DNA of 59,601 nt, the filler included, from Nemertoderma westbladi (lineage: Eukaryota > Animalia > Xenacoelomorpha), in NCBI GenBank assembly GCA_032718475.1. It is 2 parts of 2 records of this genome, joined end to end, with 100 filler letters (N's around TTAATTAATTAA, not from the genome) between each part and the next. Parts side by side here need not be neighbours in the genome. Positions count along the whole stretch, not along the records: positions 30,675 to 59,601 come from JAUCBJ010008024.1; 1 more part is not named here. One strand, 5' to 3'. Positions within the stretch are counted from its first letter, which is position 1, and each line of letters opens with the position of its first letter. This document shows, one piece after another, positions 38,319 to 48,365 of the stretch. Below the pieces are notes generated by a model. It was not told the origin of the DNA. It saw only the letters and a program-made list of their open reading frames with translations, and searched no databases. The position numbers and the translations under genes are program-made.

Positions 38319-38615
38319 GGTTAGGTCAGGTATTCAAGGTCATTGATCAAGAATACTTGCCACCTCCATGCAGCATAAAGGAGGTGCCACCTGTAGCTGC
38401 TTAGACCCTCATACTAGGGCAAATCTGGTCCTGTAACTAGGACCCCCTTCGTTCTTGGATAAGGACACCCTTGGTCCTGGATTAAGGACCCATATACTTG
38501 GCTGCAGGGGTATATGGCCTGGCCAGGCAGATGGTGATCTACCAATGGCTGGTCAGGAGTAGAGTGTTCTCATGTCCACTCGGAGAGCACTTCACTGCGA
38601 CCTGCACGTGGCATC
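38319..38615 (+). mobile_element. Isolated 5'-UTR fragment of the RTE LINE at 32406
   Basis: Closely similar to 32406-32700. Confidence 0.85.
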
Positions 38616-39364
38616 AGGTATTTTTAACCTCACGCAGATCAAAATTGTATTGGCTATCTAAAACTTTCGTCTTCATACGACCTTTATTTTTCAAGATATG
38701 GATGTTTCATCATAATTGGTCAAATACGGTATCCATAATTTTCGTATTTCCATACCTTTGGTGAAAATGTGGCAATTCAATGATATTCAGGTTTTTGAGG
38801 ATGCTGGTTCCGATAACAGATCTCATTTTTCTTGAAAATAATTTCAAGTGCCATTTTGGGTGGTAAGGCCAAAATTAAAAGTGCAAGAAGCCAGCACTTT
38901 TCATATTCCAAAAAGTATTATAAATTATATCTTAATTCTTTTCTATTTAGGTTTTAATAGACGCTGATTCTGATAGAAGGCCTAATCTTTCATGAAAACT
39001 GTATTAAGTATCATTTTTTGGGGTGGCACAACTGTAAAAAGTGCAAGTATCTGCCAGAAATTTTCAAATTTCAAAAACTTAAACATATATATTTTATTTC
39101 AAATGTATTTTTTAGGTTTTAAAAGACACTGATTCTGGTGACATACCTTTTATTTTCGATGAAAATTGTTTGCCAAATTTTTTCGTTGGTGGCACCAATA
39201 TGAAAAGTGCAAGTAGCCAGTAATTTTCATATTTAAATGTAAAAATTTGAATTTGTGGATTATATGGGTTTTTGAGAGTACTTAATTCATTATAAGTGAT
39301 ATCGAAGGTCAAACTCACATAAATTAATTGGGTCAAATTGGCCAAAGAGACATCCTGCAATCTT

Positions 39365-39720
39365 AGTTTATCTGCTGTGTTGGGCGAGACACGTAGCCGG
39401 CGAGCCTACGGTTCATATAGGGCAAATGGGGCATGTCCGTCTCTCTGTCCGTCTGTCCGTCTGTCTGTCTGGTAAATCTTTGAACGCGAATTTCTCGGCA
39501 TCGTTGATTCGAAATTGAACCAAACTTAGTAGGTAAGTAGTAGAGGGAAAGTTTAGAAAATTTGTAAAGTTTGGTGAAAAATCATGCAGTCTGACGTCAG
39601 CTACGACCGATTATGTGGTTTTTAGAAAATGTTAAATTTCTCGGGAACACCTCATTTTCCAGAGCTGAAATTTTGGTTGCTGGTAGAGAATCATAACAAA
39701 AGTCTATCTTCTACGAAAGT
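39365..39720 (+). mobile_element. DINE-1/HINE-like element fragment with (GTCY)n microsatellite core
   Basis: TGTCCGTCTGTCCGTCTGTCTGTC followed by GAACGCGAATTTCTC...TTGAACCAAACTT core-like motif; boundaries approximate. Confidence 0.6.
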
Positions 39721-39939
39721 GAAAAGTTAAGACATTTAATTGGGGATCGGCTAGAGACTCCGAAGTAATGACATAGGCCTACCGGTACGGTACTGCTGTA
39801 CTGTACAAGTACGAAATTGCAGAATAATAATTAGACACCACCTAGCGGATTAATATATAATTGTATATCGATCGTATACATTTTATAGCATGGGGTATAT
39901 AATATAATAAAAATAATAATAATTTCTTTAATGATCCTT

Positions 39940-40274
39940 ATTATTCGTAAACAAGAAATGGTAAGAGTCATTTTTTGGATCATTTTCCCTATGTAATCTT
40001 TCCAATTTAGCTCGTTATCAATGTTCACTCCCAGATATTTTACTGATGGAGATTGTGGAATAGGTTCAGGGCAGCCTACATTTAATTTTATGGATGAGAA
40101 GTCAGCTCTATTTTCTGGGCTGATTTGCTTCGGAGATAAAAGGAGAAATTCCGTTTTGTCTGGGTTCAGTTTCAAATGAGAATCATTAAATATTTTTTGA
40201 ATTTTCTGAACATTCGACTCTAACAATTTTGTAGCTTGTTCTGGATCTGAGTCAGCCACATAAATAACTGTATC
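39940..40274 (-). mobile_element. CR1/L2-type LINE RT, part downstream of the LTR insertion
   Basis: DTVIYVADSD...LKLNPDKTEFLL...VKYLGVNIDNELNW; continues the frame of 52580-53412. Confidence 0.88.
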
Positions 40275-41504
40275 TGTAAAAGCTTTTGTGGGATAACTGA
40301 TACGTTTGCCTTTGCTGGCCAGTTCTCCCCCAGGCGCTGGAATACTCTAAAAAGGTTTTCTAACTGTATATATATTCCCCTCGCCCGCAAGGTACCTTTA
40401 CAGGTGTTTTAACGGACATAAAAATCATTCTGCTATATACGTGTTTTAGCGGACATGGTAAGACAAAAAACTTGTAATGCACCAACCACCTTTCACAGCT
40501 TAGCCGTGATGATTCATATTACGACATCTAGCAGCTGGTTGCTGACATGGAAACAGCCATTGGACGCGTGGTTCTTTGTTTGGCTTGGGCCAATCAGGGC
40601 GGTTTTTCCTGTCGACGTGTAGCTTTTCTGCCGATCATAAGGAGAGTGTTCAGTCTTACTGTTTTTTCTTGATACTTTGTTGTTATTGCTGTCTAAGCCA
40701 GAAACACCGGCATTTTTGGATAGATACTGCTGTACCGTAAACTGCTTGAATTATCGAAAGTATAAACTGTTACCTAATCTCACGAATCGAATATCACCTA
40801 ACTCATTAATCATATTGTTTGTACTGTTATTTTACCGTCAGTTATTAATTGTAAATATTTGTTGATGGAAATATTGCTATTTGGATAATACGGATAAATC
40901 ACCCAATTCCCAATTTTCTTGATAACACTACAGGTTAGAGAGACCGGCTATACATAACAATTGCGATTTATATTAATGTGGTGTGTATTGAATCCAATGT
41001 TATTTAGCAGACCCTACGTGAGTCAATTACTGCTCTCTTTATGTGTGATCAAATGTACTGACTGTCGGCAGAATAGTGTGTATGATTGTGATTGGTAACA
41101 AAGTATTTCCTAAAGAATACGTTTTATACTTTAATCATAAGCAGTATCGTTGCGTTTAGTATAAGTCTTAGTTCTGTTTAAATAGATAAAGCGCCACGTC
41201 CTAAAGGAACTGTTAATATTTCCCGAAAGCCAATAATATCTGTCAGAGATTAATTATTAACGATCTATCGAATAATACATTAGGTATACACTGCAACCTT
41301 ACACTGTAATAATACAATTCAAGCATCCGAATTCAGTCTCCCGGGTGTAGATCCATCGGGTGAATGATCGCGCATGGGCTGACTTCGGCTAATGTTTTGC
41401 GTATTAGCATAAATTATTGTCGTATGCTAAAGTGGTTTTAATTAACTAAAAGACATATAAATTTTGGCAGGTTAAACTGCTAAAGGTCTTCGAAAGCGCG
41501 AACA
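40275..41504 (+). repeat. 5' LTR
   Basis: TGTAAAAGC...GCGCGAACA. About six substitutions and one 1-bp indel versus the 3' LTR, counted by eye. CCAAT at ~40590, Inr-like TTCAGT at ~40649, donor-like AG|GTTAG at 40934. Confidence 0.95.
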
Positions 41505-43757
41505 GTAACAGTTTATAATCTTATTGCAGTAGGCAATAAGGTTGCAAGTGTAGGCATTAAATACAGTAAAATACTGTTCTGTCGAACAGTAACAGTTTAC
41601 AATCTTATTGCAGTAGGCAATAAGGTTGCAAAATACCGTAGTGATCGGTAAAACTGAACCGGTACTTTGTAGGTCAGTAGGCCTAACTGTCATCACCGGT
41701 ACCGGTACTGCTGTACAAGTACATTTAGTATTATTCGATTTGATTATTGTATACCGGTAGGCTGTTTAAGAGATTAGGGACTGTACACCCCTTGTTTCTT
41801 TTGGAGCTTACTTATTTCTGTCAGTTTTATTTCCTAGTAAGTTAATATTGAGCTGAAGACGTGTAAGTCTGCTCAGATTGTTCAGATAATTGTAGGCTGA
41901 GCTGCTGTCTGACTGTGGTTGGGTTTGGAGAGATTACGGCGTGTGTAGAGTTTGTCTGATAAAGTGCCGTTAGTAAGTTGGGGCAGTCATAATTGTAAGG
42001 TCAATCCCCTCTTAAAGAGTAAGTCGTACTACCGTGTTAGCACGCATACTAACTAACAGTTTCAGAGTCTGCATATACCGTAGTTTATTTAGGCTTGATC
42101 GTAGTCTGCCAGTGTTTTGGCCTGTGTTTGTTTGTGTGGTCTGTTCAGGTACCGTAATAGTTATTACTCAAATATTTGTAGGCTGGATTGTTGTCTAGCT
42201 ATTTTTAGGTCTGAAGGGATTGCTGCGTGTGTAGAGTTGGTCTGATCAAGTGCCGTTAGTGAGTTGGGGCAGTCAACACTGTAAGGTCAATCCCCTCTTA
42301 AAGAGTAAGTCGTACTACCGTGTTAGCACGCATACTAACTAACAGTTTCAGAATCTGCACATACAGTAGTTGGTTTAGGCTTGATAGTAGTCTGCCAGCG
42401 TTTGGTTTGTATTTGTTTGAGTATTCTGTACGGGTAGCGTAATATTTATTATTCAGAGTTTATGCGATTATTCGCAACATTCATGTCCCCAAGTTTATTC
42501 CTACAGTAATTGTGCTTGTTATACATACCGTTATAGTTAAACTAACCCCGGTACTACATCAGGGCTGCTTGGCGTAGGTAAAGACTGACGACTTTGTGCT
42601 TCGGTCACTCCAGCAGATGCCGTGGTTCTTTTAACTGTTCAAGTATATTTAACTACTGATTATTTGTTATACCGGTACTTGTACCTAATTTAGGGTTTAG
42701 AGTACAGTGCCTTCCGAAGTAATTAGTGTAGGCAGTATATTTGTGTTGTAAAGTGGTTGATAGGCACATTCGTTAGCTCTATTAGCTTCTGGGTAGGAAC
42801 AATCCGTGATACATAACGTAGTACCTATAGCGATACGGTTATAGGTCGTCAGGCGGTGGTATTTTCCTATCTGGACAGTACAATATATTTACTACTACTT
42901 ATTATTTAAATACCGTAGTACCCTGTCCTTTGTAATAGCCAGAAATCTAACCCTTTGTTGGACTGGTTTGTAGACTTCCTGTAAAATTACCCTAAAAATT
43001 CGTACGTCATATTTTGTTGTGTTTAATTAGAGAATTAATCTCACCCGTATCGTAAGTAATTTGTAGTATTAAGTAACTTAGGTAAATTAGAATTATCAGT
43101 TTTAGTGTCAAATAAATAGCACTTCACTGAGAGCGCTCAGCTTCTGTGTAGTGACCCCCAGAAATAATAACATTTATTTCAAATATTGACAAAAAACCCA
43201 TATAAACGGGTATATAAATATTATAAATCAAATCAAACGATTTATAAATAGTAGGCCTGCCATACAACAACTAGGTCTTACTATCAGTTGGACTACTGCT
43301 TAAATAACGGTAATAAAGTAAGTTAAAGTAACTAAGTAACCCTAAAATATTCAGGAATTCAATTATTCTAAAAATAATTGACATACCGGTACTCACTATA
43401 GGCTTATTATATTTATTTCTATAAATTTGAGCTGAAATCATACCGGTACTCTGTAATTAATTCTAGTCCAGAATTATACTTATATACTATAAGTGTAAGC
43501 TGTATACCGGTATTCATTATAGGCCTACTATATATATATATATTTGTGCTAAAATTATACCGGTACTCTGTGACAAATCTAGTCTGTAATAACACTTATA
43601 TATTATAAGCATACCGGTATTCTAATATATTGTATATATATCACGTTCCACTGAGTAACGGTACCGGTAATAAATCGCTAGGCTTGCGGTCATACTGAAT
43701 TACTAGATTTGCTTTAACTGAAATTATAGTAGTAGACATTCAACTGTATAACTAAAC

Positions 43758-46700
43758 ATGTCTGACACTCAGCAAAACCTGTCGGACAGTCTGATCGAGA
43801 CCACTATCTGTGATTCAGATAGGAGTGTGGAGCGAATAAAAGAGAAGTTCGGCTCACCTCCTACTGTAAAAAAGGTCATCCCTCCAGTAGTATCAGACCC
43901 TAGGCTAGTCCACCATAGGTCCATCATAGGCACTCGGGCACAGGTAAAACGGGACCAAGAGGCAGCTGTCCTATCGCAGCAACATCTTGGTCAAGAACCT
44001 ACTTCCCAGAGACCGGATAGCTCCAGCAGTTCGGATACTGTAGAGTTGACTCCCGAACATGGAGTGCAGATGGCTGATACAGTCTACTCGGACCCCCTTC
44101 TTACTCTTCCTGCTGCAGTGCTGACTACTATACTCATTGCGGTGGAAGAACATCAAACCGACTGGGCGAAGAATAAGCAAGCGACCCAAGATAATTACGC
44201 GGGATACGCCAGGGAAGAATTGAGATCTATTGTTGAATCACAATGGAACTTTCCCGGACTCGGACTTCCGTTTGATATGTCCGAGGCTACTTGGGAAGAT
44301 ATACACAGGATGGGAGTGGCAAAAGATACAATGGATCCAGCTGTTTGGAAGAGGTCGGCAGCAGGATATGTGCAGGGATTCTTCGGATCCTTGGAGCGAT
44401 TGGAGGAACAACTGTTTCGACAACCTCACGGACCTCAAGAGCAGGAAGAACTGCTATATCAAATACGCGAAAGAACCCTACGCATTCGACTAATCCTCTC
44501 AGCCTTTGAGGAAACTTCCAAAAGAAGACAGGACACGTCGCTGCAGGTTGCTGTCAAAACTTGGCTACATCGAGTAGATCTCAAAGTACAGGAAACAGCC
44601 CCGTGGAAATCCCAGCTGGCTGAGAGATCAATCTATGAGGAACCGACTGATGTCTCCGAACAAACTGATGTCACCCTTGCTCAAGAGGAAAGCGAAGAGG
44701 CCGCCGAGAAACCGCGAACTAGAGACGCTATCGACATTTATTTGTCCGACTATCAGCGATTCCTAGGAGACGAAGAGTTGAGGAGACGGCTACATGGACT
44801 TTCCCCTAATAGTGAAGGAACCAAGCTTATATTGGACGCGATCGATACCGAAATGTTAGCTGCAAACCAAGCTGAATGTGATGAAAAACTCCGTCTCACT
44901 AGAGTCCGAGAAGAACAAATAAAGAAAAGAAGGATAGAGGAACAAAAGGCGGCGGCTACGGCAGAAGCAGAAGCAGAAAGAAAGGCAGCGGCGGCAGAAG
45001 TAGAAGCAGAAAGAATAGCAAAAACAAAGGCAGCGGCGGCAGAAGCAAAAGCGGAAAGGGCAGTGGCCGAAGCAGAACGGAGAGCCTCTGAGCAGACTAC
45101 CCAACTGGAGTTGGAAAATCTGCAAGAGACACAAGACAGTATAAATAAACAGTTTACTGCTAATCAAATGCAGATGATGAGAAAATCTACCCCCAAGCGC
45201 CAGGGGTACACCTCATCGGAGGAAGGTGATACTACCGATCCTGAAGGCGGAGGAAATAGATCTCATCTAAGTAGGCGTAGAAAAACATATTACCGTCGTA
45301 AATTGCCTGATTTGCCCCCAGCTGTTAAAAGACAGCTAACTAGCACAAATTTAGGTAGTGCAGAACCCATAGAACAATTTATCCAGGTCAAAAGACTCCC
45401 TACTATAGTCGATGAACCTGAAATAATTAGGCCTGTAGTTCCCAAAGTCACTTCTGTGCTAGAGACCCCTACACTTCCAGAGCTTAACTCTAAATTCCCT
45501 TTACATAGCACTACACTGCCTGTACCCGGTGGAACAGTCCATTCAAATACCCCTGTCCAGATAGCAGAGAGAGAAATCAATAATTTGTCTCCCGTCGTCC
45601 CGCGTCAGCCCGCTACTATGTTGGCGACTCCCGCTTCGGCGGTTGAGTGGGTGGAGGAGGGACGGCGGGGGATGAATCTCCTGTTAGGACAGATGCAGGA
45701 GACTGTCCACCAACTTAAGGGAACAGTGAGGGAAGGTAGAGCAGAGTTGCAAGAAGTGCAGCAAAGTATCGCGCTAGAACGCGACAAATTGGTCAATATG
45801 CAAAAGGGCATACCAATACCCCCTGTAACATTGTGTCAACCTGTTAGGTCTGAAGTATTACATGCGCAAGGTGTGGAGCCTACACGCATCTATACTGCTA
45901 GTGAAGTTGAAACTCCTATAGCAAACCCTATTAAGGGTGATTATAGACCTGTTATTAATGATATTCCCTATAGACCTGATAATGATCCGAGAAATTTATA
46001 TACCGATAATTCGATATTAAATAACACGATGGTCCAAGAAAGCTTTACGCGTCAGATGGCTAGAACAGAAGCCCGCCAAGCGGTCAAAGTGGGAGAGATC
46101 GTCAAATTCAATGGAGATGAGATGAAATGGTTACCTTTCAACGAATATTACAAAGATAGCATACAGAACTCTGTACTATCTAATGGAGAGAAACTTAGAT
46201 TCCTCATCAAGTGCTTGGAAGGACCTCCCAAGTTAATGGCGTTAAAGTTTATTGGACATCCAGATGGATTAAGACAAGTTTGGGATACATTAAACATCAG
46301 GTATGGTAACAAGGATAACATAGCTAAGTATTTGTATGCAAAATTAGTAGCCCCCCGACACTTCCTTAGTAGCGGGATTATAGAATTTTCCGATGAAATT
46401 CAAGAGATCTGTAGACAACTGGACTGGTTAGGTAAGTCGCATGAATATCAGAGTTCCATGGTCATTGGAGCCGTAGTCTCTACTTTACCAAAGGGTGGAG
46501 TATGTACGCGCTGGGACAAGAAAGTGTTGTACATGAATGAACAACAACGACGAAGTCCTACCATGGCTGATCTCATGTCCCTCTTAGATAGTGAAGTAAA
46601 ATTACAACTCATAAGGCAGTCCAGAGAGAAAACATCGGAAAATAAGGTAAGTGAGAAACCCGTTTCTAGGAGAAGGATAATACCAGTGTGCTACACTGAC

Positions 46701-48365
46701 GACGGCGAAAGCCAAGCTTCTCAAGAAGAGGACAGCGGGAAAGACACCGAACGATCTTACTATGACAACAAGACCTATAAAGACGTAAGTAAATACAAGT
46801 CTCGAACCAGTGACAGGAGAGAACAGGTAACAACAACTCCTCCTACGTCTCCTAAGAGAATTCACGGAAGAAAGCCCGAAGAAAGAACGAGAGTGCAGAA
46901 CGTTAACCAAGTTAAGGTGAGTAACATCAAACCAAAATGTGCGCTGTGCGACGGGCCCCACCGTTTGAGTGCGTGTGCAGAATTCCTAAAGAAATCCATG
47001 GCAGATAGACGTGGAGTCCTGTGGGATAAGCGGTTATGTTATAACTGTCTCAGACGCGGACACCAGCGGCGAACCTGTTACTCTGACGCAAAGTGTGCAA
47101 AGTGTGGCGCGAAACATCACATTTTGTTACACAGTGAGTTCGAACGAGACAACCCGAGTCAGGTAAGTGCGCCCGAACTACATGTCCAATTCAGTGATGT
47201 GAACGACACTGACCAAGGTTCTGAGTGGGAAGGATTCTATACAGACGAATTCTCCGATGCCAACGAATCCTGTTATCTAATAAATACCACAGTGTATCGA
47301 GCACTTACGGATGAAAAGGACACTGACGAGTTTACTCCAACTCCTTTTGACAAACAACCATCTTGGAAAGTTCCAACTTCCAACATAGGAATAAGAGAAT
47401 TTCCTGTAGTGCAAGTTCGAGTTCATGGTCCCAACAAGAGTTACATAGTGAACGCCCTACTTGACTCCGGCAGCACAGGAACATTCATCGATCAAGAACT
47501 AGCCGAAGATATCTTTGCTGGACAACCCAAGTTCCGGACTAAATTGAATATGTCAGGAATTATACAGGTTTGGAAATCTACCATAACGGCAGATTACTAT
47601 GTAGGTGCGTTGTCCACCCCCCAGGATAAATTAGGAGCACAAAGTATAAGGTCAGTAAAAATGGTGGCTATAAAGAACTTTGCTACTACTCAAGCAGAAC
47701 CTTATAACTGGGACGAGGACGAGTGCATCCAACATCTTGAGATACCTCGATTCCAAACCGATTATCCTGGAGTGCAAATACTCATCGGCCAAAACGCGCA
47801 TGAGGCGCTCGAGCCATTAGAGAAACGGCCTGCTCAACCACAGCCACTACAAACCTATGCGGTAAGAACTAGAGTAGGTTGGTACTTCACTGGCCCTTCC
47901 CGTAGAACTCTCAAAGAGAGATTCCCTCAACAACAGGTATACCAAGTAAAGGGGGAAGTGGAGAGCAGTGATGTGGACGACCCAACTGAGGGAACACCAT
48001 ACTCCTCAGATAATGACGATATTAACTCCAATGTAGATCAATGGAGACATTGCCTTGGGACGATTAATCCAGCCGACATCGCTTCCAGAGGAGCAACTCC
48101 TCAAGAACTGATAGATACTCCAGGCTGGTTAGGTGGATCCGACTCCTTAAGTAAAGAAGAAGAAGAATGGCCTCCTCATCTTACCACGGCAGAAATTAGA
48201 CAGGCCAAGGGAGCGGAGAAAGTAACACAACAACTCAATCGCCCAGCTAGTCGTTTATGTTTACTGGAAAGAGACCGAAAACTGTCCGAAAACTATGGAA
48301 GGCAAGATACTCTTCCTACGACTACTTCCCTAATCCGGCAAATATCTAGGGACTCCATAACGTGA
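43758..48365 (+). CDS. BEL/Pao Gag-protease polyprotein with RT, most of RNase H and most of integrase deleted in frame
   Basis: DUF1759-like KFNGD..W..F...EKLRFLIKCLEG; three BEL knuckles CALCDGPHRLSAC, CYNCLRRGHQRRTC, CAKCGAKHHILLH; protease ALLDSGS; then jumps to the RNase H end (QWRH...NPADIASRG...WP) and the integrase tail (RPASRLCLLE). No YxDD. Confidence 0.93.
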   Translation: MSDTQQNLSDSLIETTICDSDRSVERIKEKFGSPPTVKKVIPPVVSDPRLVHHRSIIGTRAQVKRDQEAAVLSQQHLGQEPTSQRPDSSSSSDTVELTPEHGVQMADTVYSDPLLTLPAAVLTTILIAVEEHQTDWAKNKQATQDNYAGYAREELRSIVESQWNFPGLGLPFDMSEATWEDIHRMGVAKDTMDPAVWKRSAAGYVQGFFGSLERLEEQLFRQPHGPQEQEELLYQIRERTLRIRLILSAFEETSKRRQDTSLQVAVKTWLHRVDLKVQETAPWKSQLAERSIYEEPTDVSEQTDVTLAQEESEEAAEKPRTRDAIDIYLSDYQRFLGDEELRRRLHGLSPNSEGTKLILDAIDTEMLAANQAECDEKLRLTRVREEQIKKRRIEEQKAAATAEAEAERKAAAAEVEAERIAKTKAAAAEAKAERAVAEAERRASEQTTQLELENLQETQDSINKQFTANQMQMMRKSTPKRQGYTSSEEGDTTDPEGGGNRSHLSRRRKTYYRRKLPDLPPAVKRQLTSTNLGSAEPIEQFIQVKRLPTIVDEPEIIRPVVPKVTSVLETPTLPELNSKFPLHSTTLPVPGGTVHSNTPVQIAEREINNLSPVVPRQPATMLATPASAVEWVEEGRRGMNLLLGQMQETVHQLKGTVREGRAELQEVQQSIALERDKLVNMQKGIPIPPVTLCQPVRSEVLHAQGVEPTRIYTASEVETPIANPIKGDYRPVINDIPYRPDNDPRNLYTDNSILNNTMVQESFTRQMARTEARQAVKVGEIVKFNGDEMKWLPFNEYYKDSIQNSVLSNGEKLRFLIKCLEGPPKLMALKFIGHPDGLRQVWDTLNIRYGNKDNIAKYLYAKLVAPRHFLSSGIIEFSDEIQEICRQLDWLGKSHEYQSSMVIGAVVSTLPKGGVCTRWDKKVLYMNEQQRRSPTMADLMSLLDSEVKLQLIRQSREKTSENKVSEKPVSRRRIIPVCYTDDGESQASQEEDSGKDTERSYYDNKTYKDVSKYKSRTSDRREQVTTTPPTSPKRIHGRKPEERTRVQNVNQVKVSNIKPKCALCDGPHRLSACAEFLKKSMADRRGVLWDKRLCYNCLRRGHQRRTCYSDAKCAKCGAKHHILLHSEFERDNPSQVSAPELHVQFSDVNDTDQGSEWEGFYTDEFSDANESCYLINTTVYRALTDEKDTDEFTPTPFDKQPSWKVPTSNIGIREFPVVQVRVHGPNKSYIVNALLDSGSTGTFIDQELAEDIFAGQPKFRTKLNMSGIIQVWKSTITADYYVGALSTPQDKLGAQSIRSVKMVAIKNFATTQAEPYNWDEDECIQHLEIPRFQTDYPGVQILIGQNAHEALEPLEKRPAQPQPLQTYAVRTRVGWYFTGPSRRTLKERFPQQQVYQVKGEVESSDVDDPTEGTPYSSDNDDINSNVDQWRHCLGTINPADIASRGATPQELIDTPGWLGGSDSLSKEEEEWPPHLTTAEIRQAKGAEKVTQQLNRPASRLCLLERDRKLSENYGRQDTLPTTTSLIRQISRDSIT

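Noticed and set aside
41485-41505. GGTCTTCGAAAG or GCGCGAACAG as a tRNA PBS
   Set aside because: It lies inside the LTR (also present in the 3' LTR before the TSD) and lacks the TGG start.
41650-43670. Many TACCGGTA motifs in the BEL leader as an element-specific signal
   Set aside because: The same motif occurs outside the element (e.g. ~12162, ~12400, ~39780), so specificity is not supported.
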